From the NCBI RefSeq assembly GCF_964204645.1, contig NC_134025.1, forward strand, positions 18,761,101 through 18,825,100: 64,000 nt of DNA, written 5' to 3'. This document shows, piece after piece, positions 63,407-64,000 of this stretch. The notes under the pieces were generated by a model. That model saw only the letters and a list, made by a program, of their open reading frames with translations, had not been told where the DNA came from and did no database searches. This stretch comes from Tubulanus polymorphus (taxonomy: Eukaryota > Animalia > Nemertea). Within the stretch, counting starts at the first letter, position 1. Each line of letters starts with the position of its first letter. Both the position numbers and the translations under genes were made by a program.

Positions 63407-63518
63407 CCTTTCGACCGTGTTCATTACTCATCACTTTTCAAATCATTACTGAAACGAAGAATAGTTTAATTGATTTTTATTTCATATGGAAAACAAGTTA
63501 TGCCGGTTACATGTAACC

Positions 63519-63711
63519 AGAGTAATAGGGATAATAGGCTTTCATACCAAAGGTCGAAAGGTCGAGCTCGTAAAAAAATGAAAATAACAATAATTTACAG
63601 TTGAATTAGTCGCGCACACTCCTAATTCAACTGTAAATTATTATTATTTTCACTTTTTACTCACTCGCCCCTTCAACCTTTGATATGAAAGCCTATTATC
63701 CCTATTACTCT
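63519..63711. repeat. ~193-bp near-perfect palindrome (hairpin-type MITE)
   Basis: AGAGTAATAGGGATAATAGGCTTTCATA...TAATTTACAGTTGAATTAG / CTAATTCAACTGTAAATTA...TATGAAAGCCTATTATCCCTATTACTCT, with a ~12-nt loop. Confidence 0.9.
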
Positions 63712-64000
63712 TAAAATATTCATATATATGAATAAAATATAAATGAATAACATATATAAGTAACGAGTAATTAACGAGCTCTTATAGAATAGATATAAAA
63801 GTATATATTTACAACATTATTTCAATATTTATATTTGTGTGAGTTAGATTTTTAAACATTAAAAGTGTTAGTAAAGTGTGATTGAAATAATGCATGATAT
63901 AAATCATCGAACTTCTAAAAACAATTTAAAAAAAAAATTTAGTATTAAAATGGAAGCAAATAAGTACTACTGTCCAACATGTAATATCAATATAGATAAA

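Noticed and set aside
62593-63516. ORFs of 79-136 aa
   Set aside because: They arise from GC-rich tandem repeats in the arms of a non-autonomous element; no domain signal.

Overview
AT-rich, repeat-dense eukaryotic (invertebrate animal-like) genomic DNA, not prokaryotic. Two host genes lie on the minus strand. (1) TIMM9, an 86-aa twin-CX3C small Tim chaperone, is invisible in the ORF track and was reconstructed from three coding exons (35027-34995, 29073-28978, 3539-3408) with a ~25.4-kb second intron. (2) A GLD-2/TENT2-type cytoplasmic poly(A) polymerase has its whole catalytic region in one exon (45236-43887). Inside the TIMM9 intron is a full-length 6.6-kb LTR retrotransposon (13358-19961) with a Gypsy-type RT but the order gag-PR-INT-RT-RH (Gmr1-like), a tRNA-Leu PBS, near-identical LTRs and four coding lesions. 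At 52.7-57.9 kb a decayed, spliced NOF/MULE-like transposase is associated with oppositely oriented arrays of a ~195-bp satellite (Foldback-NOF-like layout). The remainder is a mosaic of non-autonomous DNA transposons (MULE, Harbinger, Kolobok, piggyBac and Tc1/pogo signatures), Helentron-associated-like repeats, a tRNA-derived SINE, minisatellites and local duplications. All family assignments are from motif recognition by eye; no database search was run.
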